DNA of 64,000 nt from positions 749 to 64,748 of the forward strand of contig JAXGOY010000005.1 in the NCBI GenBank assembly GCA_040767225.1. Direction: 5' to 3'. The translations under genes were made by a program, and so were the position numbers. Of the stretch, positions 20,090 through 28,860 are shown piece after piece (position 1 is the first letter of the stretch; each line of letters begins with the position of its first letter). The notes below the pieces were generated by a model. It worked only from the letters and a program-made list of their open reading frames with translations. It did no database searches and was not told where the DNA came from. This DNA comes from Candidatus Dojkabacteria bacterium. Its GTDB lineage: Bacteria > Patescibacteriota > Dojkabacteria > SC72.

Positions 20090-21349
20090 TCAGAAATTAA
20101 TAAATGTTAAAACAATTACACTACAAATGGCAGCAAGAAGTGTACCACCTATTACCTGTTTAATTGAATGTCTTCTTAATTGTAACCTAGACCACCCTAT
20201 TAATGGAATTAAAGAAATTAGAAGATATGATTGAGGTATATTCCAAAGAAAAATGAGAAAAGAGACTGAGAGTGTAGCAAGTATCATATGAAAGCTAATC
20301 TTCCAGTAAAAAGTGATTAATGTTCCTAAGAGAAAAGTTAGATTAAGAGCAGTATATATTTGCAATAGCTGAGTGTTTCCTGCTCTAAATGATATATACA
20401 GAGAAATGAGGAAGAAAACTAAACATGTTAAAAATAGTTTAGGTCTTTCTTCTTTCTTGCTTACTGTTAAATCAGAAGTTATATCAAAAAGTTTAAATAA
20501 TACTACTAAAAGGATTGGAAGGATAAAGGTGAAGATAATTAATAGAAGCTGATGTTTAAGTGTGAGGTTGGTTTTAATAAAGATTGATGCAGATGTAAGA
20601 GCAATAAGTAAAACCATAACAGTTCTTGAAAAGAATTTTGCCAGTCTTGTTTTGTTCTTTGTCTGCTTCATAATAATTATTATACCTGTAAAAAGAAATA
20701 TAATGGATAGTAAGTTAGAGGTTTCTATTCCAAATATAAACTCTTTATCTATTCTTAGCATATTCATTCCTAGTCTTATAATTGCATAATTTACTAGATA
20801 TGCTCCTGTTATAATTCCTTTTGATTTTGTTTTTTTATGAAGGAGTAGGAGTATTACAAAGTTTATTATGTTTAATATTGATTCATACAGAAATACAGGA
20901 TGAAAGTGTGTGAAAGTAATATAGTTTGAGTCTCTGTACTCAATGGGGATAAATATTCCCCAAGGGAGATTAGTTGGTTTGCCATAAAGTTCATAGTTAA
21001 AGAAATTTCCTATTCTTCCTATTGCTTGCATTAAGGGCAGGGTAAGTGATATTGTATCTGATATTTCATAATATTTTATTCTTTTGTGTTTTGAGATAAA
21101 GAATATACAGAGAAGTATTCCTATTAAACCTCCATAAAATGCTAATCCTCCATCCCATATAGCAAAGGGATTAATAATTCCCATTTTTATTTCTTCAATA
21201 TTATGAAGAATAAACAAGAGCCTTGCACCGATAAGGGCAGAGATTAAGAGGAGAATTATATCTGTATATGTAATCTTTTTATTAATTTTTGTTATTAATT
21301 CTATACCTATAACTATCCCAATTCCTATTAGTAAACCATATATATTCAT
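20090..21349 (-). CDS. lgt: Prolipoprotein diacylglyceryl transferase with a ~150-aa extra C-terminal multi-TM extension
   Basis: Lgt signature GRIGNFFNYELYGKPTNLPWGI. 419 aa, whereas canonical Lgt is ~270 aa. Confidence 0.7.
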   Translation of the reverse strand: MNIYGLLIGIGIVIGIELITKINKKITYTDIILLLISALIGARLLFILHNIEEIKMGIINPFAIWDGGLAFYGGLIGILLCIFFISKHKRIKYYEISDTISLTLPLMQAIGRIGNFFNYELYGKPTNLPWGIFIPIEYRDSNYITFTHFHPVFLYESILNIINFVILLLLHKKTKSKGIITGAYLVNYAIIRLGMNMLRIDKEFIFGIETSNLLSIIFLFTGIIIIMKQTKNKTRLAKFFSRTVMVLLIALTSASIFIKTNLTLKHQLLLIIFTFILPILLVVLFKLFDITSDLTVSKKEERPKLFLTCLVFFLISLYISFRAGNTQLLQIYTALNLTFLLGTLITFYWKISFHMILATLSVSFLIFLWNIPQSYLLISLIPLIGWSRLQLRRHSIKQVIGGTLLAAICSVIVLTFINF

Positions 21350-21355
21350 ATCATA

Positions 21356-23560
21356 TTATATTAGTAGTGGAGATTTATTTCTATTAGTTATGACAATTAA
21401 CCTATGAAGAGCTCTTGTTATTGCAACATACAAAAGTCTTACAGATAACTCTGTATCAGGATATGTATTTGAATTAACATCAATAAGAATTACAGTATCA
21501 AATTCCAGACCTTTTGCATTTTCAATAGGAAGAACAAGTAAACCAGTTTTATAATCCTCTCGTGAGAAATCTACAATATCTTTCCCTAATATATTCTGAT
21601 ATTTAGCAATTTTCTCATAAACCTTTTGAGCATAATTTTTATCTGGGCAAATTAATGCACATGTCACACTACCTTTATTAAACTCTTCCCTTACTATTTC
21701 TATTAATTTAGAGATATTTTCTTTTGGTCCATCTAATAAAGTTTCATCATTTTCTATTGTCTTTATATCTTCCCCATGTCTAAGTACTGCCTCTGGTAAT
21801 TTGTATGTTTTAGGGAATTTATTTTTAAATATTTTATTTGCATAATCAATTATCTCAAGAGTAGTTCTGTAGCATCTGTTTAACTGATAATATGAATAAT
21901 CATCTCTGTTAAATCTTTTAAAAAGGTCTATTACACTATTCCAATCTTTAATGTAAAAGGGAGGAATTATTGATTGAGCAAGGTCTCCTGCAATTGTAAT
22001 ATTTTGATTCTTTGATATTTGAAGCAAAGTTAATATTTGTACTAAGCTTAAATCTTGTGCTTCATCAAGCATAATATACTCTTTTTGATGTTCTTTTTGA
22101 TCATGGATTTTAAAATGCAAATACACTATTGGAGCTAAGTCTTCCATTCTAAAAGTTTTCTTTTTCCCGTTTCTTACTGTTCCTTCTAATGTATATTTTG
22201 CAATAGTTCTATTAACATATCCCTTTTTAAACATACTTCTGTATACTTCAATAGGTTTTGTCATTCTATTAAAATACTGAGTTATTTCTTTCTTTTTCTT
22301 AATTTCTAAATCACTTTCTCGTGGTAGAGTTCCTATCATTTTTTCTTGGAATTTCTTTTGCATAAAAGAATACTCCATAGAAAGTGTTAAACGCTCATCC
22401 ATCGATAGTAATGGGTGAGTTTCTTTAAGTTCGTAATATCTTTCTCTAATAGTTGCTCTTCTTGAGTATGGGATATTATCAAGTAAGTCTGACTCAAATT
22501 CTTCAAAATATGAATCAAGTAGTTCAATAAACTGCTTTGATCCTTTATATTCTTTAATTTTTAAATCTTCTTCTCCTTGATATACCATATATGAATCATC
22601 CCATCCTAATATGTTTTTAGCCCAGAACATATATGTGTTTGTTTCTACATGTTCAATTCCAAGACTTGGTAAAACATCAGAGATATAGTCAAGAAATACT
22701 TTGTTTGGTCCTATTATTAATGTCTTCTCAGGATGTATTTTTTCTTTGTATGCATAGAATAGGTATGCAAGTCTATGAAGTAGTATTGTTGTTTTACCAC
22801 TTCCTGCAACTCCTTGTATAACTATTGGTTTATTTATTCCGTCTCTAATTATTTCATTTTGCTGTGCTTGTATTGTAGCAACGATATCTTTTAATTTTTG
22901 TCCAAGTCTTTCAGTAAGCTGAGCAAGTAAGAACTCATCAGCAGCAACATTTCCACTTTTAGCATCATATATGTGATTAAATCTTGCTTCTGAAATACTA
23001 AACTGTCTTTTTTGTATTAAATCTCCGCTTTTTATCCCACTAGGAGTTTCATACTGTAGATTATTTGCAGGTCCACTGTTTTCGTAGTAAATATTTGCAA
23101 CAGGGGATCTCCAGTCACTGATTAAAGGCTGATATGTATCTGGGTCCATTAGTGCAAACTTACCAATATATATTTGAAGGTCTTTTTGTATATCCCTTAT
23201 CTTTGTTCTAAATACTATTTTTCCAAAATACGGAGTATCTACTCTTATCAGTTCAATATTTATTCTTTCAACATACTCCATTATGCTTTTAAGTATTTTG
23301 TTATACACACCTACAGCATCTTTTCTAGAATCAAGATCTGTTTCCATTTGTATAATCTTTGCTTGTTCTTCCAGTTCTATTTCAAGGTCATGAAGTTTTT
23401 TAATAAGGTACTTACTGTTTTGTACATTTATTTCAGTTACCTTTTTAAGATGGGGATACTCCTCTTCTTCTACTTTGTTTTTAGGGATAACCTTTGAGAA
23501 GTCTCGTATACTATCTAACCTTGTATGTAAAGGGTTTAGATATTTTTCAAAGGTTTGCAT
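21356..23560 (-). CDS. HelD/UvrD-like superfamily-1 DNA helicase
   Basis: Walker A VIQGVAGSGKTTILLHRLA, a UvrD-like C-terminus (YVAITRALHRL) and a long N-terminal coiled-coil arm. Confidence 0.6.
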   Translation of the reverse strand: MQTFEKYLNPLHTRLDSIRDFSKVIPKNKVEEEEYPHLKKVTEINVQNSKYLIKKLHDLEIELEEQAKIIQMETDLDSRKDAVGVYNKILKSIMEYVERINIELIRVDTPYFGKIVFRTKIRDIQKDLQIYIGKFALMDPDTYQPLISDWRSPVANIYYENSGPANNLQYETPSGIKSGDLIQKRQFSISEARFNHIYDAKSGNVAADEFLLAQLTERLGQKLKDIVATIQAQQNEIIRDGINKPIVIQGVAGSGKTTILLHRLAYLFYAYKEKIHPEKTLIIGPNKVFLDYISDVLPSLGIEHVETNTYMFWAKNILGWDDSYMVYQGEEDLKIKEYKGSKQFIELLDSYFEEFESDLLDNIPYSRRATIRERYYELKETHPLLSMDERLTLSMEYSFMQKKFQEKMIGTLPRESDLEIKKKKEITQYFNRMTKPIEVYRSMFKKGYVNRTIAKYTLEGTVRNGKKKTFRMEDLAPIVYLHFKIHDQKEHQKEYIMLDEAQDLSLVQILTLLQISKNQNITIAGDLAQSIIPPFYIKDWNSVIDLFKRFNRDDYSYYQLNRCYRTTLEIIDYANKIFKNKFPKTYKLPEAVLRHGEDIKTIENDETLLDGPKENISKLIEIVREEFNKGSVTCALICPDKNYAQKVYEKIAKYQNILGKDIVDFSREDYKTGLLVLPIENAKGLEFDTVILIDVNSNTYPDTELSVRLLYVAITRALHRLIVITNRNKSPLLI

Positions 23561-23658
23561 GCATATTTAATGCGAAGTTAAGCTTAGCATTCTACAACAT
23601 ATTAAATAGAATTGTCTAGTATTTTTTGAATTTAATTGATGATATATTATATTAATAT

Positions 23659-24183
23659 ATGAATACACAATTAAAAATACTTCTATACATACTTCTTGTA
23701 GCAGGACTTTTGTACTATATACAGAACAAATATCAGTTGTTTGAAATATCATTTGATAATACCAAAGAAGCTAAGAAAGAAGAGGTTAGTGAGAAAGAAA
23801 GTAAGAGGCAGGGTATTGAGATATTAAATAGTGAAGGGAGAAGAATATATGTTGAAGTAGAAGCTGCTGATACAGAGCAACTTCGTTCACAAGGTCTTTC
23901 AGGGAGAGAAGAGCTCGGAGATTATCAAGGTATGTTATTTCTTTTTGATGAGAAAGGAACATATTCATTTTGGATGAAGGATATGAATTTCCCTCTTGAT
24001 TTAATATATATTGATGAAACATATTATATAGTTGATATTATTGAAAACAAACAGCCATGTACACAGGAGGAGTGCAATAGCTTTGTTCCTTCTGCACCAT
24101 TTAAATATGTCCTAGAGGTTAAAGGAGGTTTTTGTGATATTAACAGGGTAGATATTGGAAATGCTGTGATATTTGATATATGA
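23659..24183 (+). CDS. DUF192 (COG1430) family secreted protein
   Basis: QGLSGREELGDYQGMLFLFDEKGTYSFWMKDMNFPLDLIYID. Confidence 0.55.
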   Translation: MNTQLKILLYILLVAGLLYYIQNKYQLFEISFDNTKEAKKEEVSEKESKRQGIEILNSEGRRIYVEVEAADTEQLRSQGLSGREELGDYQGMLFLFDEKGTYSFWMKDMNFPLDLIYIDETYYIVDIIENKQPCTQEECNSFVPSAPFKYVLEVKGGFCDINRVDIGNAVIFDI

Positions 24184-24213
24184 TTCTAAGAATTAACTTC
24201 AAAGATTGTACCC

Positions 24214-24843
24214 ATGATTCAAAGTATAATTGACTGGCTTGTAAATGCTATTTCTACTATTGGTTATCCTGGTGTCTTTATTTCAGTATTTCTTGAAAGT
24301 TTCTTTGCACCTATACCAAGTGAAATAATACTACCTTTTTCAGGTTTTGTTGCTTCAACTGGTAAAATGGATCTTGTTTTTGTAATTGTTATAGCAACAG
24401 TTGCTGCATATTTAGGTTCTCTCCCTTTTTACTTCATTGGTAAGTGGGGTGAGAAGCCTGTTATTAACTTCATTAATAAATATGGTAAGTACCTTTTTAT
24501 TCAACAAAAGGATGTAGATAAAGTGTTTGGAGCATTTGATAAATATGGAAAAGGAGTTGTGTTTTTTGGAAGACTTATTCCTATGATACGAACCCTTATC
24601 TCATTTCCTGCTGGTGTTGCAAAGATGCAATTTGCGAGATTTAGTATGTATACACTACTTGGATCTTTAACATGGAATATACTTTTGACATATGCAGGGT
24701 ATCAACTTGGAGATCATTGGAGTGTTGTAAGTAAATGGATAGAAAAATATCAGAATGTGATACTTGTTTTAATAATTATTGCTGTTCTTCTATATATTAT
24801 CCGCAGAATTAAAAGCAGGAGGGGAGCTGGAGTAAAGAAGTGA
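24214..24843 (+). CDS. DedA family membrane protein (second paralog in the window)
   Basis: 209 aa, multi-TM. N-terminal GYPGVFISVFLESFFAPIPSEIILP and DedA-core FGRLIPMIRTLISFPAG. Confidence 0.65.
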   Translation: MIQSIIDWLVNAISTIGYPGVFISVFLESFFAPIPSEIILPFSGFVASTGKMDLVFVIVIATVAAYLGSLPFYFIGKWGEKPVINFINKYGKYLFIQQKDVDKVFGAFDKYGKGVVFFGRLIPMIRTLISFPAGVAKMQFARFSMYTLLGSLTWNILLTYAGYQLGDHWSVVSKWIEKYQNVILVLIIIAVLLYIIRRIKSRRGAGVKK

Positions 24844-26355
24844 TGTTCCTGTCATTTCACTTGGTATTGGTATCCCCATAATATCAAGTACTGTTGGGGC
24901 AATATCTTTTAGTGCTCCATATTTTAATTTGTTTGTAAATGTTGGTAATCCAGCAATCATTAATGGAACTGGATTAAAAGAGTGCTCTGTATCTATCTCA
25001 TTTGTATCGATATTTATTAATTCCTCAGCATTTCCATGATCTGCAGTAATTATTACTACACCATCTCTGGCTGTAAACTCTTTTACTAACCTGTTTACAC
25101 AGTAATCTACTGTTGATACGGCTTTAATTGTTGCAGAAATATTCCCTGTATGTCCTACCATATCAGGATTAGCGAAATTAACTAAGAGAAAGTCATATAT
25201 GTTTTTTTGAATTCTATCTATAAGAATTTCTGTTACTTTAATAGCACTCATTTCAGGTTGAAGATCATATGTGGGAACGGATGGAGAAGGGACCTCAATT
25301 CTATCTTCTCCAGGATATTTAATTTCTACTCCTCCGTTGAAGAAGTATGTAACATGAGGAAACTTTTCTGATTCAGCTATTCTAAGCTGTCTGTAACCAT
25401 ATGATGAGAAAATATTTCCAATGGGCAAATTTATATACTGCTTAGGAAATATTACTTTCTTGGGAAATCTCTTTTTGTACTCTACCATTCCTGCAAAAAA
25501 TATGGGGTATATATTTTGTCTAGGGAATTTGTCAAAGTTTTCTTCATACAAGGCTTCTGATAGCTGTAATGCTCTATCGGGTCTGAAATTTAAGAAAAGA
25601 ACAACATCTCCTTTTCTAATATTACTGTTCTTTACAAGCACGGTAGGGGGAATATACTCATCTGAAATGTTGTGAGAGTATGCATTTTGTAAACAATTAA
25701 CATATGAATTACACTCTTGTCCAATATTTGATACAAGTAAGTCATATGCTTTTTTTGTTCTATCCCACAGTTTATTTCTATCCATTGCCCATGCTCTGCC
25801 GCATAGTGTTGCAATTTGTCCTATACCATTTGTTTCTATGCACTTTTGAATAATGTTAAGATTTCTAATTCCATCATTAACAGGAGAATCTCTTCCATCT
25901 GTAAAAGCATGTATAAACAGGTCTCCTTGAAAATTTCGTTTTGAGAAAAACTCAATAGTTGCTGTGATATGTCCTATATCAGCATGTACACCTCCCTGAC
26001 TTGCTAAACCGAGTATATGTATCCTAGATTTGTTTTTATTTGCAAAATCTAGTGCTTCTTTTAATATGTTATTGTTAAAATACAGACCTCTTTCAATTGA
26101 TTTGTTAATTCTTGGAAGTGTTTGAAGTACTACTCTTCCTCCCCCTATATTCATATGTCCTACCTCGCTGTTTCCTTTTGCACTCTTAGGGAGTCCTACA
26201 GCCTCACCAGAGGCCAGTAAGTATGTATGTGGTGTAGTTGTCCATAATGATGAAAGATTCTGAGGATTAGCAAGTACTACAGCATTTCCTTTGCCAGTAG
26301 GTGCAGCTCCAAGTCCATCCATTATTATTAGTAGTACCTTTTTTCTTTCTTCCAT
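24790..26355 (-). CDS. gpmI: 2,3-bisphosphoglycerate-independent phosphoglycerate mutase
   Basis: 521 aa. N-terminal LLIIMDGLG, Mn-binding HV/SEVGHMN and a C-terminal ADHGNAE block. Confidence 0.85.
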   Translation of the reverse strand: MEERKKVLLIIMDGLGAAPTGKGNAVVLANPQNLSSLWTTTPHTYLLASGEAVGLPKSAKGNSEVGHMNIGGGRVVLQTLPRINKSIERGLYFNNNILKEALDFANKNKSRIHILGLASQGGVHADIGHITATIEFFSKRNFQGDLFIHAFTDGRDSPVNDGIRNLNIIQKCIETNGIGQIATLCGRAWAMDRNKLWDRTKKAYDLLVSNIGQECNSYVNCLQNAYSHNISDEYIPPTVLVKNSNIRKGDVVLFLNFRPDRALQLSEALYEENFDKFPRQNIYPIFFAGMVEYKKRFPKKVIFPKQYINLPIGNIFSSYGYRQLRIAESEKFPHVTYFFNGGVEIKYPGEDRIEVPSPSVPTYDLQPEMSAIKVTEILIDRIQKNIYDFLLVNFANPDMVGHTGNISATIKAVSTVDYCVNRLVKEFTARDGVVIITADHGNAEELINIDTNEIDTEHSFNPVPLMIAGLPTFTNKLKYGALKDIAPTVLDIMGIPIPSEMTGTSLLYSSSPPAFNSADNI

Positions 26356-26442
26356 GGCAGTTTTATATATATTCTGGCATAATTTATTATTTTATTCTAT
26401 AATACCATTCAGAATTAGTTAAATATTTTACATTATACTACT

Positions 26443-26862
26443 ATGAATAGCGAGATATTAGAAAAAGTTGAGAAAGATCAATACAAAAAGAGACCTGATG
26501 TAAGAGTCGGAGATACTGTTAAGATGTATTTAAAAATTAAAGAGGGGAACAAAGAGAGAGTACAGGTGTTTCAGGGTGTTGCTATTGGTATTAAAGGAAG
26601 TGGATTATCAAAGACTGTAACTGTAAGAAAAATATCGTATGGAGTAGGTGTAGAAAAGATAATTCCTTTGTATGCAAGCACATTACAGAAAATTGAGATT
26701 GTAAAAAGAGGTAAAGCTAGAAGATCAAAGCTTTACTATTTAAGAAATCGTGTCGGAAGAAAGGCACTTAAAGTTGCAAAAAGCGAGGGTATGTATGAAA
26801 CTGATGAAGTAGAAGTACCTGTTGAAGGTGAGAAGGAAGATACAGAAATAACAGAGGAGTAA
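26443..26862 (+). CDS. rplS: 50S ribosomal protein L19, with an acidic C-terminal extension
   Basis: [33 protein letters not shown]...RRSKLYYLR. Confidence 0.9.
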   Translation: MNSEILEKVEKDQYKKRPDVRVGDTVKMYLKIKEGNKERVQVFQGVAIGIKGSGLSKTVTVRKISYGVGVEKIIPLYASTLQKIEIVKRGKARRSKLYYLRNRVGRKALKVAKSEGMYETDEVEVPVEGEKEDTEITEE

Positions 26863-26872
26863 TGCTTACTGT

Positions 26873-26945
26873 GCGGGAGTAGTTCAATGGTTAGAATGTC
26901 TGTTTTCCAAACAGAGGGTTGCGGGTTCGAGCCCCGTCTCCCGCT
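26873..26945 (+). tRNA. tRNA-Gly (anticodon TCC)
   Basis: gcgggag-tagttcaatggttagaatg-tctgt-ttTCCaa-acaga-gggttcgagcccc-ctcccgc-t. Confidence 0.8.
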
Positions 26946-26982
26946 TTGCTGATTTTTCCAATTGTTTACGGTATAATCAAAT

Positions 26983-27534
26983 ATGCAAACAGGAGAAGAC
27001 TATTTCAAAGATACAACAGATGATTTTAGTTCAGGTGGAGGTTCTTCTCGCTCTATTAAACCTTCTAAGACAGATAGAACAGATGCTATTGAAAAGATCT
27101 TTATGGATGTACTTGGTAGAAAGCCAAGTAGTAGAGAGATGGCATATTACAAATACTCTCCTATTAAGGAAGATGATATTGTTGCAAAGTTAATTAGTTC
27201 AGATGAGCATAAAAAGATTATAGAGAGTGCACTTAAACTCCCTGGTGTTCAAGAAGAGCTTAAGAATGTAAGAATGTCAGAGAAAAAATTACAACAGCAG
27301 TTAGATGATATTAATGATGAAATAGGGGAGTACAAGAAACTGTTAAGTGAGAAAGACAAGCTTATTAATGAGCTTAGAGAAAAAGTAAATAATCCATATG
27401 ATTTCCCTACTCAAATACAAAAATATGAAGAGGGTTTTGATGTATACACACCAAAGGAGAGAAAAGTATCAGAGAGTAGTAAGAGTAAAACTTTTAAAGA
27501 AAAATTAATAGATTTAATTGATACACTGTTTTAG
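26983..27534 (+). CDS. Hypothetical coiled-coil protein, possibly with a DUF4214-like N-terminal motif
   Basis: 183 aa. IEKIFMDVLGRKPSSREMAYY, then an extended K/E heptad-like region. Confidence 0.35.
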   Translation: MQTGEDYFKDTTDDFSSGGGSSRSIKPSKTDRTDAIEKIFMDVLGRKPSSREMAYYKYSPIKEDDIVAKLISSDEHKKIIESALKLPGVQEELKNVRMSEKKLQQQLDDINDEIGEYKKLLSEKDKLINELREKVNNPYDFPTQIQKYEEGFDVYTPKERKVSESSKSKTFKEKLIDLIDTLF

Positions 27535-27537
27535 TTT

Positions 27538-27846
27538 ATGCCTATTAAAGATTTTGGAACAAAACTTAAGAATGCAAGAATGAACAAAGGTATGTCTCAA
27601 AGAAGCCTTGGTCTTGCACTGGGATTATCAGATAAAACGATAAGCTCATATGAATCAGGAAGATCATATCCTAGTTTGGAAATACTGGAAAAGATGGCTG
27701 ATATACTTGATAAGCCAATTGAATATTTCATTTCTTCTTCAAAAGAAATTCAAATTAATCAAGATTTAGAAAATATTGATCAGCTCCTTAAATCTATTAC
27801 AAAAGAGATATCAGATATTAAAAAGATTCTTAATAAGGGGGAGTAA
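27538..27846 (+). CDS. XRE-family HTH transcriptional regulator
   Basis: HTH_XRE signature LKNARMNKGMSQRSLGLALGLSDKTISSYESGRSYPSLEIL. Confidence 0.75.
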   Translation: MPIKDFGTKLKNARMNKGMSQRSLGLALGLSDKTISSYESGRSYPSLEILEKMADILDKPIEYFISSSKEIQINQDLENIDQLLKSITKEISDIKKILNKGE

Positions 27847-28447
27847 GCCAGCTTTTAGCTTTTTTTGTTAATACATTTGCTCCTTTTTTAATAAGGAAGA
27901 ATAACAGTACAAATACACCAATAACCCCAACAATAAACAGAATTATGTATACAGTATACATTGTATCAACAGGCTGAACTGTTAATGATTTATCAATAAC
28001 CAACTTGTAATCTGCACTATTCGCTTTATTTGAATCAGTTTGCCAGGATATTACATTCACAGAAACTTCATATGATCCTGATTTCTGAGGTGTTAGAGAT
28101 GCTGAAAATGAATATGTTTGTCCTTTTGTAAGAGATACGAATTCACTGTGTTTTCTTTCTACATCAAATACAGCTGGGACATTCCATAGAATCTGGGTTT
28201 TTGAAGAATTAATCTTAGGTGTAACATACACTGTAAAAGGAATTGTTTTTGTTAATGGATTTTGTGTACCTCTTTTAAGTTCAAGTTCAAAATATTTATT
28301 TATACTTGTTGTACTATTTGTTTTTTCATCTTCTACCTGTGTTTTTTCTTCTACTGGTTCTACTGAGGTGTCATTTAACTGCTCTTGAGAAAAGACAGGA
28401 GATATTAACATTGTAAAAGTAAAGAGTGTAAGTAATATTTTTTTCAT
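27830..28447 (-). CDS. Hypothetical type-I membrane or secreted protein
   Basis: 205 aa. Signal peptide, Ser/Thr-rich ectodomain, C-terminal TM with a basic tail. Last gene of a minus-strand operon. Confidence 0.4.
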   Translation of the reverse strand: MKKILLTLFTFTMLISPVFSQEQLNDTSVEPVEEKTQVEDEKTNSTTSINKYFELELKRGTQNPLTKTIPFTVYVTPKINSSKTQILWNVPAVFDVERKHSEFVSLTKGQTYSFSASLTPQKSGSYEVSVNVISWQTDSNKANSADYKLVIDKSLTVQPVDTMYTVYIILFIVGVIGVFVLLFFLIKKGANVLTKKAKSWLTPPY

Positions 28448-28860
28448 TTTAATACATGTTTTATTCCTAATTTATATATTCTGTAAATTTCTTCTGCTTG
28501 AACTGAAGGAACATCTTCATCACTATGTACAATATTATTTCTTAGTTTATGAACATCCCAAAGTTGTTGATAGAGCTTTCTGTCAAATAGCTTTTTAGAA
28601 ATTTTTAAATTATCTCCACACTGCTTATCATTACCATACCTAATATTTAAAGACTTTGCTAATAGATTATCTAATTTTATTACAGCATCTCTTCTTGCAT
28701 AATCATCTGGGCTTTTAATTTGATTTTCAAGTTCACTCAATTTAGACAAAATGTCTTCTTTTTTCTTAACAGGGATTTTTTTACTGTTTATATATGCAAT
28801 TAAGAAAAGAAGAGCAACAAGCAGAAGAATTATTATTGTTATGACTGTTTGGTTATCCAT
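28444..28860 (-). CDS. Hypothetical N-terminally membrane-anchored protein with a possible HEPN-like Rx4H motif (KLRNNIVH)
   Basis: 138 aa. N-terminal TM. The start overlaps the stop of the upstream gene. Confidence 0.3.
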   Translation of the reverse strand: MDNQTVITIIILLLVALLFLIAYINSKKIPVKKKEDILSKLSELENQIKSPDDYARRDAVIKLDNLLAKSLNIRYGNDKQCGDNLKISKKLFDRKLYQQLWDVHKLRNNIVHSDEDVPSVQAEEIYRIYKLGIKHVLK

